A stretch of DNA of 64,000 bases from Spirochaetales bacterium (GCA_016936615.1 JAFGXN010000007.1:28575-92574); one strand, 5' to 3'. Positions 1-10,158 are shown, counted from the first letter of the stretch. Numbers and translations are program-made. Notes: a model not told the origin generated them from the letters alone.

Positions 1-542
1 ACCCCACTGAAAACTGCAAGAATTAGCACAGACAATGCACCGTCTAAGTAGGCGTTGAACCCTTTCAAGTTACGAGCAATCTGGAAATAGAAGAACTCTC
101 CATCCTGTGAATATAGTTTTTTGTTATAAAAAATATACTCAGCAGAGAAGTGCTGAACTCCGAAGAGGTCAGGATCTACAGGCAAATCAGCTTTTACCTT
201 TTCGATATTTCCGTATCCCTTAAAATCAGGATCTCCCTCGCGGTAAGGGATTCGAACATAATTAGGTGAGCTTGCAAAAAACAATGAACCATCACTATCA
301 TAAACAACTACTTGAAAATCAAAAAATGAGAAATCAAAGTTTGTAATTGTTTCTGATAGAAATAGCTCTTCGAACTTGCGCCCTTCATCCTCTAACATTT
401 TAACAAGACTTTCTCTTTGAAAGTTATGCACATGTACATAAATCACAAAGCCAAAGGCAAAAAATATTATACATGAAAAAAACACATAGCTAAAAGTAAC
501 CCTCCACAAGTAGGGCAAACGGTGAGTAAATAGATTATTCAT
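1..542 (-). CDS. Sensor histidine kinase, N-terminal (sensor/TM) part; 3' end lies outside the window (partial)
   Basis: Reverse-strand ATG at 542-540 opens a frame running off the window start. The translation (MNNLFTHRLPYLWRVTFSYVFFSCIIFFAFGF...) has an N-terminal TM helix and a second hydrophobic segment near the window edge. It lies 4 nt downstream of the OmpR-type regulator on the same strand, which is typical RR-HK operon order. No catalytic domains are visible, so the call rests on inference. Confidence 0.4.
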   Translation of the reverse strand, partial: MNNLFTHRLPYLWRVTFSYVFFSCIIFFAFGFVIYVHVHNFQRESLVKMLEDEGRKFEELFLSETITNFDFSFFDFQVVVYDSDGSLFFASSPNYVRIPYREGDPDFKGYGNIEKVKADLPVDPDLFGVQHFSAEYIFYNKKLYSQDGEFFYFQIARNLKGFNAYLDGALSVLILAVFSG

Positions 543-1212
543 CCCTAACAACGTATCCTACACCTCTAACAGTGTGAATAAGCTTTTTCTCAAAAGGACC
601 ATCAACTTTAGATCTAAGATACCTAATAAAAACATCCACAACATTGCTATCTTCATGGTGAGACTCATTCCAAACATCTTCTAACAACTTATTTCGAGAC
701 ATAACAACGTTTTTATTCTTCATCAAGGTATAAAGCAACAAAAATTCCTTTTTGGTTAAGGCTATATCAAGACCAGCTCTTGAGACTTGGAAAGTAATAG
801 GATTAAGTTCACAATCTGCAACCTTAATGTTACCTGTCTCAGGATTTATATTACCTGCACTACGGAAAATCACACGTATTCGAGCAAGCAACTCTTCGAT
901 AGCAAAAGGCTTAGTTAAATAATCATTAGCCCCGACATCAAGTCCTGTAACCTTATCCATAACATCATCTTTAGCTGTCAAAATAATCACAGGAACATTA
1001 CTTCTCTGCCTTATCCTACGACAAACCTCTAATCCGTTTAAACCTGGTAACATCAAGTCTAGCAAAATCAAATCGTAATCATCATCTAAAACCTTATTAT
1101 AACCTGCTAAACCATCCTCACAGATATCAACAAGATACCCTTCATGCCTTAGCTCCAGCTCTAAAAACCTTGATAGATAATCTTCATCTTCAATTACCAA
1201 AATCTTTTTCAA
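535..1212 (-). CDS. OmpR/PhoB-family two-component response regulator (receiver + winged-helix)
   Basis: Receiver motifs (LVIEDED..., DLILLDLMLPGLNG, phospho-acceptor Asp context) and C-terminal winged-helix trans_reg_C (RYLRSKVD...TVRGVGY). TTG start with GGAG RBS 6 nt upstream. Confidence 0.85.
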   Translation of the reverse strand: MKKILVIEDEDYLSRFLELELRHEGYLVDICEDGLAGYNKVLDDDYDLILLDLMLPGLNGLEVCRRIRQRSNVPVIILTAKDDVMDKVTGLDVGANDYLTKPFAIEELLARIRVIFRSAGNINPETGNIKVADCELNPITFQVSRAGLDIALTKKEFLLLYTLMKNKNVVMSRNKLLEDVWNESHHEDSNVVDVFIRYLRSKVDGPFEKKLIHTVRGVGYVVRDE

Positions 1213-1242
1213 AGTAATCTCCTAAAAATTTTAATTTCCTGA

Positions 1243-1641
1243 CTAATTATCTAATACCTCTTTAATTATGTCAAGGAAATCAGTGCACCTAATTGGTTTA
1301 TGTAAAACATTTATAACGCCAATTTCTTTAATCCTTTCAATTTTATCTGAGGAAGTATAACCTGTCAAGATTATTGTCTTCAAACTAGCATCAATCTTCC
1401 TCAGCAAGAGCAAGGTCTTCTCCCCATCAATTACGGGCATCTCCACATCCAAAACCAAAAGATCTACAACCTCTCCTTGCCTCTTCAAAAAACTCTCTGC
1501 ATCTAATCCAGAAGAAAAAGCAACCACCTCGTAACCAGCTGACCGCAAAACCTCTTCAAGCAATTCTCTAACTATCTCTTCATCGTCAACGATCATTATC
1601 TTATTTTTGAGTTCAGGCAAAGCCTTAAACTTTTTTTTCAT
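1243..1641 (-). CDS. Single-domain CheY-like response regulator (receiver only)
   Basis: IMIVDDEEIV...LLVLDVEMPVIDG...KPI receiver motifs. The track ORF extends to 1674 from a TTG; the ATG at 1641 (MKKKFK...) is the more likely start. Confidence 0.75.
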   Translation of the reverse strand: MKKKFKALPELKNKIMIVDDEEIVRELLEEVLRSAGYEVVAFSSGLDAESFLKRQGEVVDLLVLDVEMPVIDGEKTLLLLRKIDASLKTIILTGYTSSDKIERIKEIGVINVLHKPIRCTDFLDIIKEVLDN

Positions 1642-1670
1642 GCATTGAAACAAAGACCCTCCTCGTAAAA

Positions 1671-2861
1671 TCAATTCTCAAGGATAAGAATCTCAACACG
1701 CCTGTTCTTAGCAAGCCCCTCTTCTGTGTAATTGTCAGCTATAGGCTCAGTAGCTCCTTTACCTTGAACAAAAACTCTATCAGAACTCCTTACCCCATTA
1801 GCGATAAGAAACTCTGCTATAACCCTTGCCCTCTCCTCCGAAAGACTCTGTTGTCCCTCAGGGGTACCTCTTAAAGCAGTGTGACCTGTTATCAACAAGT
1901 CCCTATTTGGATACTTTTTTAAAATTTCTGCGATTTTCTTCAATTTAATTATCTCGCCATCCTCAAGTTCAGAGGAATCAGGCTTAAATTTTATATCGCT
2001 CAAGGTTATGGAGATTCCTCTATCAGTCTCTCGAAGATCTACATCATCTAAATCTTCTTTTCGAAGAGATTCCAAAAGCTCCTTCTTATTCAACTCATCA
2101 TTTACAACATAAACAGAGCGTGCATTTCCCACATACTCAATAAAATTTCCATTTGACAACAATACTGTAATCTCAAACTTCTCTCTATATGAATGAGGTC
2201 TTCCCAAATTATTATCCCAAAAAATCTCCTGATCCACAGTTCCAGAAAATAATATTGGAACAATGCCCGAAGATCCGACAAGATCTACCTGCCTAGAATA
2301 GATATCATAATGAACAACAATCAGATCTAAATTTTTACCATCCTTAGAAACTTCGCCTCTGTATTCGTAACTAACTGAAATAGGAAAACTAACTGGCTTC
2401 GGAATGCCGAAAAAATCCCTAAAATCATGGTATTCATACGCTAGCCTAACCCACTGACCTCCTACCGAAACAGGACTTCCAGAAAAATGAGGAACATCTC
2501 GAACAACTGGCATATAATAGACTGGCTTAATATCGTAGCGACCTAGGGAATCTCTCCAGAATTCAGTATAATACTCTTGATTCAGCCGATTATAAGACTT
2601 CCCGTTATGGAGAATTTTCTCAGTCATAAAGAACCTAGCCGAGATAAAGCCTCTATCACCTTCTACCTTTTCTATCTTCCCCGAAATCTTGTTTATAATC
2701 TCCGAATAATGACTTTTTTCTCCATTTACGTAGACATCCTCAAAGACTTCAGACCTTATCTGGAAAAGTTCACCCTCATTATATAAGAATTTAAACTCTT
2801 TTTCTTGAGAAAAAATAGAGACAAAACTAAAAATAAAAATACAGCAAAAAATTCTCTTCAT
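1671..2861 (-). CDS. OmpA-family protein (N-terminal signal peptide, C-terminal OmpA/MotB peptidoglycan-binding domain)
   Basis: C-terminus LLITGHTALRGTPEGQQSLSEERARVIAEFLIANGV...NRRVEILI matches the OmpA_C consensus. A hydrophobic signal is present. ATG at 2861 with GGAG upstream. Confidence 0.75.
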   Translation of the reverse strand: MKRIFCCIFIFSFVSIFSQEKEFKFLYNEGELFQIRSEVFEDVYVNGEKSHYSEIINKISGKIEKVEGDRGFISARFFMTEKILHNGKSYNRLNQEYYTEFWRDSLGRYDIKPVYYMPVVRDVPHFSGSPVSVGGQWVRLAYEYHDFRDFFGIPKPVSFPISVSYEYRGEVSKDGKNLDLIVVHYDIYSRQVDLVGSSGIVPILFSGTVDQEIFWDNNLGRPHSYREKFEITVLLSNGNFIEYVGNARSVYVVNDELNKKELLESLRKEDLDDVDLRETDRGISITLSDIKFKPDSSELEDGEIIKLKKIAEILKKYPNRDLLITGHTALRGTPEGQQSLSEERARVIAEFLIANGVRSSDRVFVQGKGATEPIADNYTEEGLAKNRRVEILILEN

Positions 2862-2863
2862 AA

Positions 2864-3649
2864 TCAATCTCCAACAAGTTTTTTCACCTGTCTTAAATTA
2901 TCGGCATTTATTATATTAATCTTTTCTCTAGTCAGTAATTTTATGAAATCTTCAGATTCATACCCTCCATAAAATCTTAGCAACTGTCCATGGCTATGAA
3001 CTCTTTTTACCAAGTCGCGCAATCTAAGTAGATCTTTCTCAGAAATATTTGCATCTGCCTTCACCCTGAACATCTTCGACCAACTAGCACTAATCAGAGG
3101 AATCTTATCTAGCTCAGTAACAACCCCCACATCATAAGGTCTACCATCCACAGCTGCAAGTCGCTTCGGGGAATCCCAAATCAGTTGCCGTGCAGAATTG
3201 CCAGAAATTATAACAGTAACAGCATTCCACTGAATATTTCCAGGCGAAAAGTGGGTCAACATCTCAGAATATTTCTCTAAAAGTGGGAAAAGAGCTTTCC
3301 ACGTCGATTTAGGTGAAGTTTTTACATCAACTAGAAGAATCATAGTCTTTCCTGGCTCACGAATATAGCCTTTTTGCTGATATAAATTAAAAAGAGGCTG
3401 CAAATACTGGGTTTCAAAAATCGTAGATGCTGAAAGCCTTGCGACAAAATGACCAGTGTAGATCTTCCCACAGACAAGATGAATATCTGCCTCCATCGAA
3501 TCAGCACCCTCAGAAATAGCTCCAAAAAGAGGAACATCCTTATCGTAGTCATTATGAGAGTGTAAAAAAGGACTCTCAGGAATCTCAAATCCGTAAATTG
3601 AAAAACAGATCATAAAAGTAGTAAGCAGACAAAAAAACATTTTTTTCAT
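2864..3649 (-). CDS. Secreted PLC-like phosphodiesterase (PI-PLC X-domain / glycerophosphodiester phosphodiesterase-like)
   Basis: Signal peptide MKKMFFCLLTTFMICFSIYG, then an HSHNDY motif typical of the PLC-like phosphodiesterase TIM-barrel catalytic site. GGGAGAA RBS before the ATG at 3649. Confidence 0.4.
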   Translation of the reverse strand: MKKMFFCLLTTFMICFSIYGFEIPESPFLHSHNDYDKDVPLFGAISEGADSMEADIHLVCGKIYTGHFVARLSASTIFETQYLQPLFNLYQQKGYIREPGKTMILLVDVKTSPKSTWKALFPLLEKYSEMLTHFSPGNIQWNAVTVIISGNSARQLIWDSPKRLAAVDGRPYDVGVVTELDKIPLISASWSKMFRVKADANISEKDLLRLRDLVKRVHSHGQLLRFYGGYESEDFIKLLTREKINIINADNLRQVKKLVGD

Positions 3650-3760
3650 ATAATTCTCCCCAATTATTCTAAAAACATTATAAACTCAAACATTAAAATT
3701 TAAAACGAATATTTATTTGAAAAAAGTAGGAAAATAGATTAAAATATCGTGAGGATAAAA

Positions 3761-4963
3761 ATGAACAGAATAGAAAGAAATAAATTTAACTACTTTGTGT
3801 TTGTAATTGTAAAGGCTACACTTTTTCCTGCAATTGTAAAAAAATACAATATAAAATGTACAAACAAGAAAGAAGCGAGAAAGATTAAGGGACCAGCAAT
3901 ACTTCTTCCAAATCATATCTCATATTTTGATCCGGTGATTGTTAATGGTTTTTTAAAAAAAAGAGTACACTATGTCATATCCGACTCTAACCTTCGGACT
4001 AAGATGGGGAGATTTATCTTCTCACTAGCAGGAGTTATCCCCAAGACAAAGGCAATTCCTGACTCGACAACTGTTAGAACAATACACAGACTACTCTCAA
4101 AGAACAAAATAATTGGGATATTCCCAGAAGGCAGGCAGAGCTGGGATGGCCAGACTCACGATGTATTCTTCTCAACAGTGAAGATGGTGAAGCTGTTTAA
4201 GGTTCCAGTGATTGTGCCATTGATACGAGGCGGATACCTCTCTAAGCCGAGATGGAGTCCCCACAACAGAAAGGGACGAGTCGAAATCGAGTACAAGACG
4301 ATTCTCGAACGAGAGCAGATCAAAAAATTAACAACAGATCAGATATACGAGTTGCTGAAGAAAGAGTTGTACAACAATGATTACGATTTTGCAGTAGCAA
4401 ATAACCTTCACTTCAAATCTGATAAGGGTGCAGAGTATATTGAATCTTTTCTATATTTTTGTCCAAACTGCAAGGCTCTATCCTCGCTAAAATCTGAGGG
4501 AAACAGAGTAAATTGTTGCAAATGTGAATCTGTTTTTGAGTGGAAAGACCAGGGATATCTAGTCAACAACGAAAAAGTGTTAAAACTGACAGATCTTTTT
4601 GACCAGCAGAATGAGACAACAAAAGCTTTCCTTGAAAATATTACCGAGGAGAAGGAAATATTCACAGATAAAGAGGTCAATATCGAGATTGGTGAAAAAT
4701 TATCTACAGAAAATAAGATTTTCAAAGGAGATGTAACTCTAACAAAGAAAGAGATTGTCATTGAGACTAAGATGCAAGAACCATCTCAGATTAAAATCCC
4801 TATCACCGATATGGAAGGGGTTCAGGTTTTTCTCTCAAGCGGAGTCGAATTTTACGTAGGGAACCTCTTATACTGCTTTACCTTCGATAACCCAAGAATT
4901 TCAGGACTAAAATATCTAGGGTTTATAAAAGAGCTAGAACCAATAAGCTGCGAATTAACGTAA
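3761..4963 (+). CDS. Lysophospholipid (1-acyl-sn-glycerol-3-phosphate) acyltransferase family protein with a C-terminal extension
   Basis: HX4D acyltransferase motif (NHISYFD) and FPEGRQS motif (IGIFPEGRQSWDG). The track ORF starts at a GTG at 3749; the ATG at 3761 is preceded by GAGGAT. Confidence 0.7.
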   Translation: MNRIERNKFNYFVFVIVKATLFPAIVKKYNIKCTNKKEARKIKGPAILLPNHISYFDPVIVNGFLKKRVHYVISDSNLRTKMGRFIFSLAGVIPKTKAIPDSTTVRTIHRLLSKNKIIGIFPEGRQSWDGQTHDVFFSTVKMVKLFKVPVIVPLIRGGYLSKPRWSPHNRKGRVEIEYKTILEREQIKKLTTDQIYELLKKELYNNDYDFAVANNLHFKSDKGAEYIESFLYFCPNCKALSSLKSEGNRVNCCKCESVFEWKDQGYLVNNEKVLKLTDLFDQQNETTKAFLENITEEKEIFTDKEVNIEIGEKLSTENKIFKGDVTLTKKEIVIETKMQEPSQIKIPITDMEGVQVFLSSGVEFYVGNLLYCFTFDNPRISGLKYLGFIKELEPISCELT

Positions 4964-4980
4964 AAAAAATACAATTTTTT

Positions 4981-5005
4981 GCCCCCTCAATACTCACGAG
5001 GGGGC
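4981..5005. terminator. Stem-loop between convergent genes; U-run on the minus-strand transcript
   Basis: GCCCCCTC-aatactcac-GAGGGGGC perfect 8-bp GC-rich stem. On the minus strand it is followed by a T-run, so it terminates the NfeD-stomatin operon. It is flanked by an A-run on the plus side. Confidence 0.5.
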
Positions 5006-5031
5006 AAAGATTATCTAACGATTATAAATGA

Positions 5032-5943
5032 CTAACCGTTTATGACCTCTTTCAAGGAGGCAGCAAGTGCTGTCATATTCTGAATCTCAGAAGGGATTAT
5101 AAGCTTAGTTGCCTGACCATTTGCAACAGAGACAAGAGTATCCAAACTCTTCAAAGCAATAACAGTCTGATCTGCTCCAGCCTTCTTGATCATCTCAATA
5201 CCTCGAGCAGTTGCTTCTTGAACCATGAGAATAGATTCAGATTCTCCCTGAGCCTTAAGAATAGCAGATTCCTTCTCCGCAGATGCTTCAAGAATCCTAG
5301 ATTGCTTGTTTCCTTCTGCAACAAGAATTGCCGAAGTCTTCTGACCTTCAGCTCTCAAGATTGATTCTCTTCTCTCTCTCTCAGCTCTCATCTGCTTTTC
5401 CATTGCTTCCTGGATATCAGCAGGTGGGATAATATTCTTAACCTCAACACGATTAACCTTGATTCCCCAAGGATCAGTCGCCTCATCTAAGATAGATCTC
5501 ATCTGAGTATTGATGATGTCACGACTAGAAAGAGTCTCGTCCAACTCCAACTGTCCGATAACATTTCTCAATGTAGTTGCTGTAAGATTTTCCAACGCCA
5601 TCATTGGGTTCAATACACCATAAGTATATAGCTTTGAATCAGTTACCTGATAATAAAGAACCGCATCAATCTTCATCGTAACATTATCTTTAGTAATAAC
5701 AGACTGTGGCCTAAAATCAATGACCTGCTCTCTTAAATTTACCCTTGAGACGATTCTGTCAAGAAAAGGCAACTTTACATGCAATCCAACAGACCAAGAA
5801 GAGCGATATGCCCCAAGCCTTTCAATTACAAACTCCATAGATTGTGAAACAATCCTTACATTTACTCCGATTATTATTGTCAATAAAACTAAAATTCCAA
5901 TAATAATACCTACTGTACCAATAGCATTCATATTATCCTCCAT
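5032..5943 (-). CDS. SPFH/band-7 (stomatin/prohibitin-like) membrane protein
   Basis: N-terminal TM, SPFH core (VIERLGAY...IDAVLYYQV...) and a coiled-coil E/A/K-rich C-terminus. Confidence 0.85.
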   Translation of the reverse strand: MEDNMNAIGTVGIIIGILVLLTIIIGVNVRIVSQSMEFVIERLGAYRSSWSVGLHVKLPFLDRIVSRVNLREQVIDFRPQSVITKDNVTMKIDAVLYYQVTDSKLYTYGVLNPMMALENLTATTLRNVIGQLELDETLSSRDIINTQMRSILDEATDPWGIKVNRVEVKNIIPPADIQEAMEKQMRAERERRESILRAEGQKTSAILVAEGNKQSRILEASAEKESAILKAQGESESILMVQEATARGIEMIKKAGADQTVIALKSLDTLVSVANGQATKLIIPSEIQNMTALAASLKEVING

Positions 5944-5973
5944 AAATTTATTTTTTAAAAAATATTTTAAAAA

Positions 5974-6441
5974 TTATTTTTTTACTATAATCTTCGCACC
6001 TTCGACGCGAACAACCTCAACCTTAGTTCCTTCAGGAATTTCTGAACCATCCTCAGATAGTGCGGACCAGTCCTGAGCACCAACCTTCACCCTTCCGACA
6101 GAACCAAGACCTATAGATTGGTGGACAAGTCCAACCTGCCCGACTAAGGCATCTTTATTCGTAGGAATAACTTCACCTTTTAGCTTCTTCTTCACTAATG
6201 GAGCTAATGTAAACAGAGAAACCAACGAGACAATTATAAATACAACAATTTGAATATATACAGCAGCAATTCCAATATTACCATATTTAAGCCCAAATAA
6301 ATCTAATAGCAATGCGATTAAACTACCTAAAGCAAACCAGACAGAGACCATACTTGTTGTAACAGCTTCAAAAACGATAAATATTAGCATCAACGAGATC
6401 CATATTGTAATCATCATATATGAATTTATAAACACATCCAT
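5974..6441 (-). CDS. NfeD-family membrane protein (stomatin operon partner, OB-fold C-terminus)
   Basis: Three or four TM helices followed by a short beta-rich tail (GTKVEVVRVEGAKIIV). It sits immediately upstream of the stomatin gene on the same strand, the classic NfeD-stomatin pair. Confidence 0.7.
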   Translation of the reverse strand: MDVFINSYMMITIWISLMLIFIVFEAVTTSMVSVWFALGSLIALLLDLFGLKYGNIGIAAVYIQIVVFIIVSLVSLFTLAPLVKKKLKGEVIPTNKDALVGQVGLVHQSIGLGSVGRVKVGAQDWSALSEDGSEIPEGTKVEVVRVEGAKIIVKK

Positions 6442-6498
6442 AAAAGAACACCTCCATTTTTTATAATACTATTACCTTTTTCAAAAAAAAACAAGTTT

Positions 6499-8520
6499 TT
6501 AAATTTTTAAGAATAAATTAAATGTAGTCCCTTGATTAACATGGGAATCAATCTCGATATAACCTGAATGCCCCTTGATAATATTCAGGACCATGCTCAA
6601 ACCTAGACCTGATCCTTCCTTTTTTGTTGTATATAAAGGATCAAAAATCTTATTAACCATCTCCTTTGGAATCCCAACGCCATTATCAATAATAGAAATC
6701 ATGCAAAACCCACAATCTAAATCCTTTATCTCCTGCGGTATCAAACTCCGCCCAAACAACTCATCTACAGAGACCCTCTTCAACACAACCTTCAGAAGAC
6801 CCCGCCCCGAACCTCTCCCCCGCATCAAAGTCATCGCATGACATGCGTTGATACAAATATTCAGCAAGGCTTGATAAATCTTATCAGTATCAAGATTCAA
6901 AAGACAGTGAGACTCTGTATAAATAGTCTTAATTCTTACACTCTCGCCAAAGCGAACATTTATTGCATTCAAAACATCGGTCAAGATTTCAATAATATCA
7001 ATAGAAGAAAAATTATAAGTATATTTCTCCGCTGCGACACTTAAATCCTTCACAATCGAGATGCCTCGATTTGTCGCCTTCTCAATAATCTTAATATAAT
7101 CAAGAACATTCTTATTAGTAGCAGCTTCAGTCAACTCTATCAAATCAACACTACCCTTTATTGAGGCAAGAATATTGTTAAAATCATGAACAAGCCCACC
7201 AGAAAGAGATGAGACTGCTTCGAGCTGCTGAACCTTAACAAGTTGCTGGTACAATCTCTCAGCTTCACTCTTATCATCAATTCTAACTACAGCATAGTCT
7301 TGCGAAATAGGAAAAATCAGGATATCAGCAAAAATCTGCTTATTTTTATAAAAAAACGAAACCCTCTCCTTCTGTGTTGTCTTCCCATGATCTATTGCAA
7401 GAAGAAGCCCATCTTTACAAAAGGAAAGAAAAGGACACAATTCAAAGAAGTAGCTAGAAATAATCTCTTCACTCCCTGTCACAAGGCGCATAACTGATTT
7501 GTTGACAATCTTGATCTTGAAACTTGAATCCAAGACAAAAATATAAGATGGCATATGATCTATCATCTCCCTCATCAGCCTTTCTGCTTCAAGAAGATTC
7601 GCAGTCTTCTCCTCCACAGCCCTCTTAAGCGAGACATTCCAGAGATAAAAGACAACAAAGAATCCTGAAAAAACCATGATAAATGAGAGAACAAAGACCC
7701 AGAAGGTTTTTTTTCTAAAAAAACTAAAATCCTCTAACGACATCCACTTTTCTCTAATTTTACCTAACTCAATGTCTGATATCTCATCAAGACCCTTGTT
7801 CAAAATCGATAACAAAAGAGTATTAGTCTTTGCAACCCCGAAATGTAAAAAGGTCTCATCCTCAATACTACCTGAAATAAAGATATTAGGAAGACTCTCA
7901 TGAGAAATAGAATAAGAGGCAGTTGCCAAATCAATCAAGGCAGCATCAATATTCCCAATCGATAGAGCCTGGAGAAGTTCTAACTCGTTTTTGTACTTAT
8001 AAGGGCTATAATCAGGGTAATTCTGACTAATATACTCATCTAAGAAATGCTTGTTGCAAACTCCGAATGAGAACTGATCCAAATCTTCTAAGACTAATTG
8101 ACGCGACAATTTTTTATTTGTTAAAATTACCCATTTTACTTTTATATATGGCTTAGAAAACAGAAGATAGTCAGATCTCTCTTCAGTCTTCGAGAGACTT
8201 GTAAGAAGATCCACTTCATTATTCCTGATTCTCTCAAGATTATTAGCAAGGTCATCAATCCACACAACCTTGAACTTAAGCCCTGTCTTTTTACTCAACA
8301 GAATTAGAAGATCATTAGACAATCCATCAGCAGATCCAGTACGCTCATTGTAAAAAGAGAATGGCATAAATGCCTTTTCAGCACCAACCGTCACCGAAGG
8401 TGAATTCTTGAGAAAATTCAACTCCTCTTGAGTGTAATTTATCGAGAACAAAATATTGCAATTCAAAGAAAAAACCACTAAAAAAATAAACTTTTTAAAC
8501 ATAACACCCCTAATGGTCAA
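6499..8520 (-). CDS. Sensor histidine kinase with a periplasmic family-3 solute-binding domain, TM, PAS-like region, HisKA and HATPase_c
   Basis: N-terminal signal plus SBP_bac_3-like region, a TM helix (FWVFVLSFIMVFSGFFVVFYLW), an H-box (LVHDFNNILASIKG), and N/G boxes (IDNGVGIP...GSGLGLSMV). Confidence 0.8.
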   Translation of the reverse strand: MTIRGVMFKKFIFLVVFSLNCNILFSINYTQEELNFLKNSPSVTVGAEKAFMPFSFYNERTGSADGLSNDLLILLSKKTGLKFKVVWIDDLANNLERIRNNEVDLLTSLSKTEERSDYLLFSKPYIKVKWVILTNKKLSRQLVLEDLDQFSFGVCNKHFLDEYISQNYPDYSPYKYKNELELLQALSIGNIDAALIDLATASYSISHESLPNIFISGSIEDETFLHFGVAKTNTLLLSILNKGLDEISDIELGKIREKWMSLEDFSFFRKKTFWVFVLSFIMVFSGFFVVFYLWNVSLKRAVEEKTANLLEAERLMREMIDHMPSYIFVLDSSFKIKIVNKSVMRLVTGSEEIISSYFFELCPFLSFCKDGLLLAIDHGKTTQKERVSFFYKNKQIFADILIFPISQDYAVVRIDDKSEAERLYQQLVKVQQLEAVSSLSGGLVHDFNNILASIKGSVDLIELTEAATNKNVLDYIKIIEKATNRGISIVKDLSVAAEKYTYNFSSIDIIEILTDVLNAINVRFGESVRIKTIYTESHCLLNLDTDKIYQALLNICINACHAMTLMRGRGSGRGLLKVVLKRVSVDELFGRSLIPQEIKDLDCGFCMISIIDNGVGIPKEMVNKIFDPLYTTKKEGSGLGLSMVLNIIKGHSGYIEIDSHVNQGTTFNLFLKI

Positions 8521-8638
8521 AACTTTTTTTAATACTATTATAATTTAGCATGGAAATACTAAATCGAGTAGTTTCGAATTCTTAATTTTAATTAATTTAT
8601 TTTAGATTGATAAAAAATAATTATCTTCCTCAAGATAT

Positions 8639-8667
8639 TTGACTTTTTATCTTCATTACGTTAAAAT
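8639..8667 (+). promoter_or_regulatory. Putative sigma70-type promoter for pdxST
   Basis: TTGACT-17 nt-TAAAAT in the AT-rich divergent intergenic region. The true start at 8713 is preceded by GGAGG. Confidence 0.3.
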
Positions 8668-8712
8668 TATTCAGTTTTTAAAATGAAATTATCCTAACAA
8701 ATGGAGGCTTAT

Positions 8713-9594
8713 ATGGAAAAAGGAACTTACGAAGCAAAGATCGGTCTTGCAGAGATGCTTAAGGGCGGTGTAATAATGGATGTAATGAATGTCGAACAAG
8801 CAAAGATTGCTGAGGAAGCAGGCGCAGTTGCAGTTATGGCACTAGAGAGAATCCCTTCTCTTATCAGAAAAGAGGGTGGCGTGGCTAGAATGTCTGATCC
8901 TGCAATGATCGAAGAGATACAGAAAGCAGTATCAATCCCTGTCATGGCAAAGTGCAGAATAGGGCACATTGCTGAAGCTCAAATCCTTGGGGAGATTGGG
9001 GTTGATTTTATTGATGAGAGTGAAGTGCTTACTCCTGCAGATGAAGTTAATCACATCTACAAGCATGACTTCAAAGTTCCATTTGTCTGTGGTTGCCGAA
9101 ATTTAGGCGAAGCACTAAGAAGAATTGGAGAAGGCGCTGCAATGATCAGAACCAAGGGAGAGCCTGGAACTGGTAACGTAGTCGAAGCAGTAAGACATAT
9201 GAGACAACTACAACTTGATATCAAGAAAATTTGCAGCATGGATATTCACGAGTTAATGACTGCAGCAAAAGAGCTTGGTGCTCCGTTTGAACTTGTAATG
9301 AAGACTAGAGAGCTAGGCAAACTTCCTGTTCCTAACTTTGCTGCAGGTGGAGTTGCAACTCCAGCAGATGCTGCACTACTTATGCAACTAGGCGCAGAAA
9401 CAGTCTTTGTTGGTTCTGGAATTTTCATGTCAGAAGATCCAGCAAGGATGGCAAGAGCTATCGTAAAGGCTGCAACCCACTACAATGATCCTAAAGTTGT
9501 TCTTGAAGCATCGAGAGGACTAGGAAAAGCTATGGTTGGACTTGAAATCAAAGATATACCTGCAGATCAACAAATGCAGCAGAGAGGATGGTAA
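8713..9594 (+). CDS. pdxS: Pyridoxal 5'-phosphate synthase, lyase subunit PdxS
   Basis: Strong match to PdxS/SNZ throughout ([55 protein letters not shown]). The track ORF starts at 8701, but GGAGG at 8702-8706 serves as RBS for the ATG at 8713. Confidence 0.92.
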   Translation: MEKGTYEAKIGLAEMLKGGVIMDVMNVEQAKIAEEAGAVAVMALERIPSLIRKEGGVARMSDPAMIEEIQKAVSIPVMAKCRIGHIAEAQILGEIGVDFIDESEVLTPADEVNHIYKHDFKVPFVCGCRNLGEALRRIGEGAAMIRTKGEPGTGNVVEAVRHMRQLQLDIKKICSMDIHELMTAAKELGAPFELVMKTRELGKLPVPNFAAGGVATPADAALLMQLGAETVFVGSGIFMSEDPARMARAIVKAATHYNDPKVVLEASRGLGKAMVGLEIKDIPADQQMQQRGW

Positions 9595-9600
9595 CAAAAG

Positions 9601-10158
9601 ATGAGCACAACTGGAATACTTGCACTTCAAGGTGGATTTTTTAAACACCAAGAGATGGTCGAAAAATTAGGAGAAAAGACTCTTTTAATAAAAAAACCTG
9701 AGCAACTTGAGTTTTGTGATAGACTAATTATTCCAGGAGGCGAATCAACCACCCTCACTAAACTTTTTGATATCTACGATTTCAGAGAGCCATTAATAAA
9801 TTTTGGAAAGACCAGACCTGTGATGGGAACATGCGCAGGTCTGATTCTACTTTCATCAAAAGTTGAAGATTCTCGAGTCAAACAACTTAACCTGATCGAT
9901 ATCGAAGCAGAAAGAAATGCATACGGTTCGCAAGTAGAGTCTTTTTCTGCTGATATCTATGCAGATTTTCTAAAAAAAGAGTACAAATGCATCTTCATTA
10001 GAGCACCAAAGATTAAAGAGTGCTCAGAGAATGTAAAAATCCTAATGTCATACGAAGGCAACCCTATAGCAGTTGAACAAGGAAGAATCCTAGCGCTAAC
10101 CTTCCACCCAGAACTAACACAAGATCCAAGCATACACGAATATTTTTTAAAGCTTTAG
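9601..10158 (+). CDS. pdxT: Pyridoxal 5'-phosphate synthase, glutaminase subunit PdxT
   Basis: Class I glutamine amidotransferase with the catalytic Cys in GTCAGLILL. It lies directly downstream of pdxS. Confidence 0.88.
   Translation: MSTTGILALQGGFFKHQEMVEKLGEKTLLIKKPEQLEFCDRLIIPGGESTTLTKLFDIYDFREPLINFGKTRPVMGTCAGLILLSSKVEDSRVKQLNLIDIEAERNAYGSQVESFSADIYADFLKKEYKCIFIRAPKIKECSENVKILMSYEGNPIAVEQGRILALTFHPELTQDPSIHEYFLKL

Noticed and set aside
3340-4761. Nested small ORFs (3340..3588−, 3713..3916−, 4408..4761−) within or antisense to the PLC-like and acyltransferase genes
   Set aside because: They are hydrophobic, low-complexity translations of AT-rich antisense sequence with no independent signals.
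8701-8712. Upstream ATG (8701) as the pdxS start
   Set aside because: GGAGG at 8702–8706 is positioned as the Shine-Dalgarno for the ATG at 8713 (MEKGTYEAK…), which also matches the usual PdxS N-terminus. The start at 8701 would lack an RBS.
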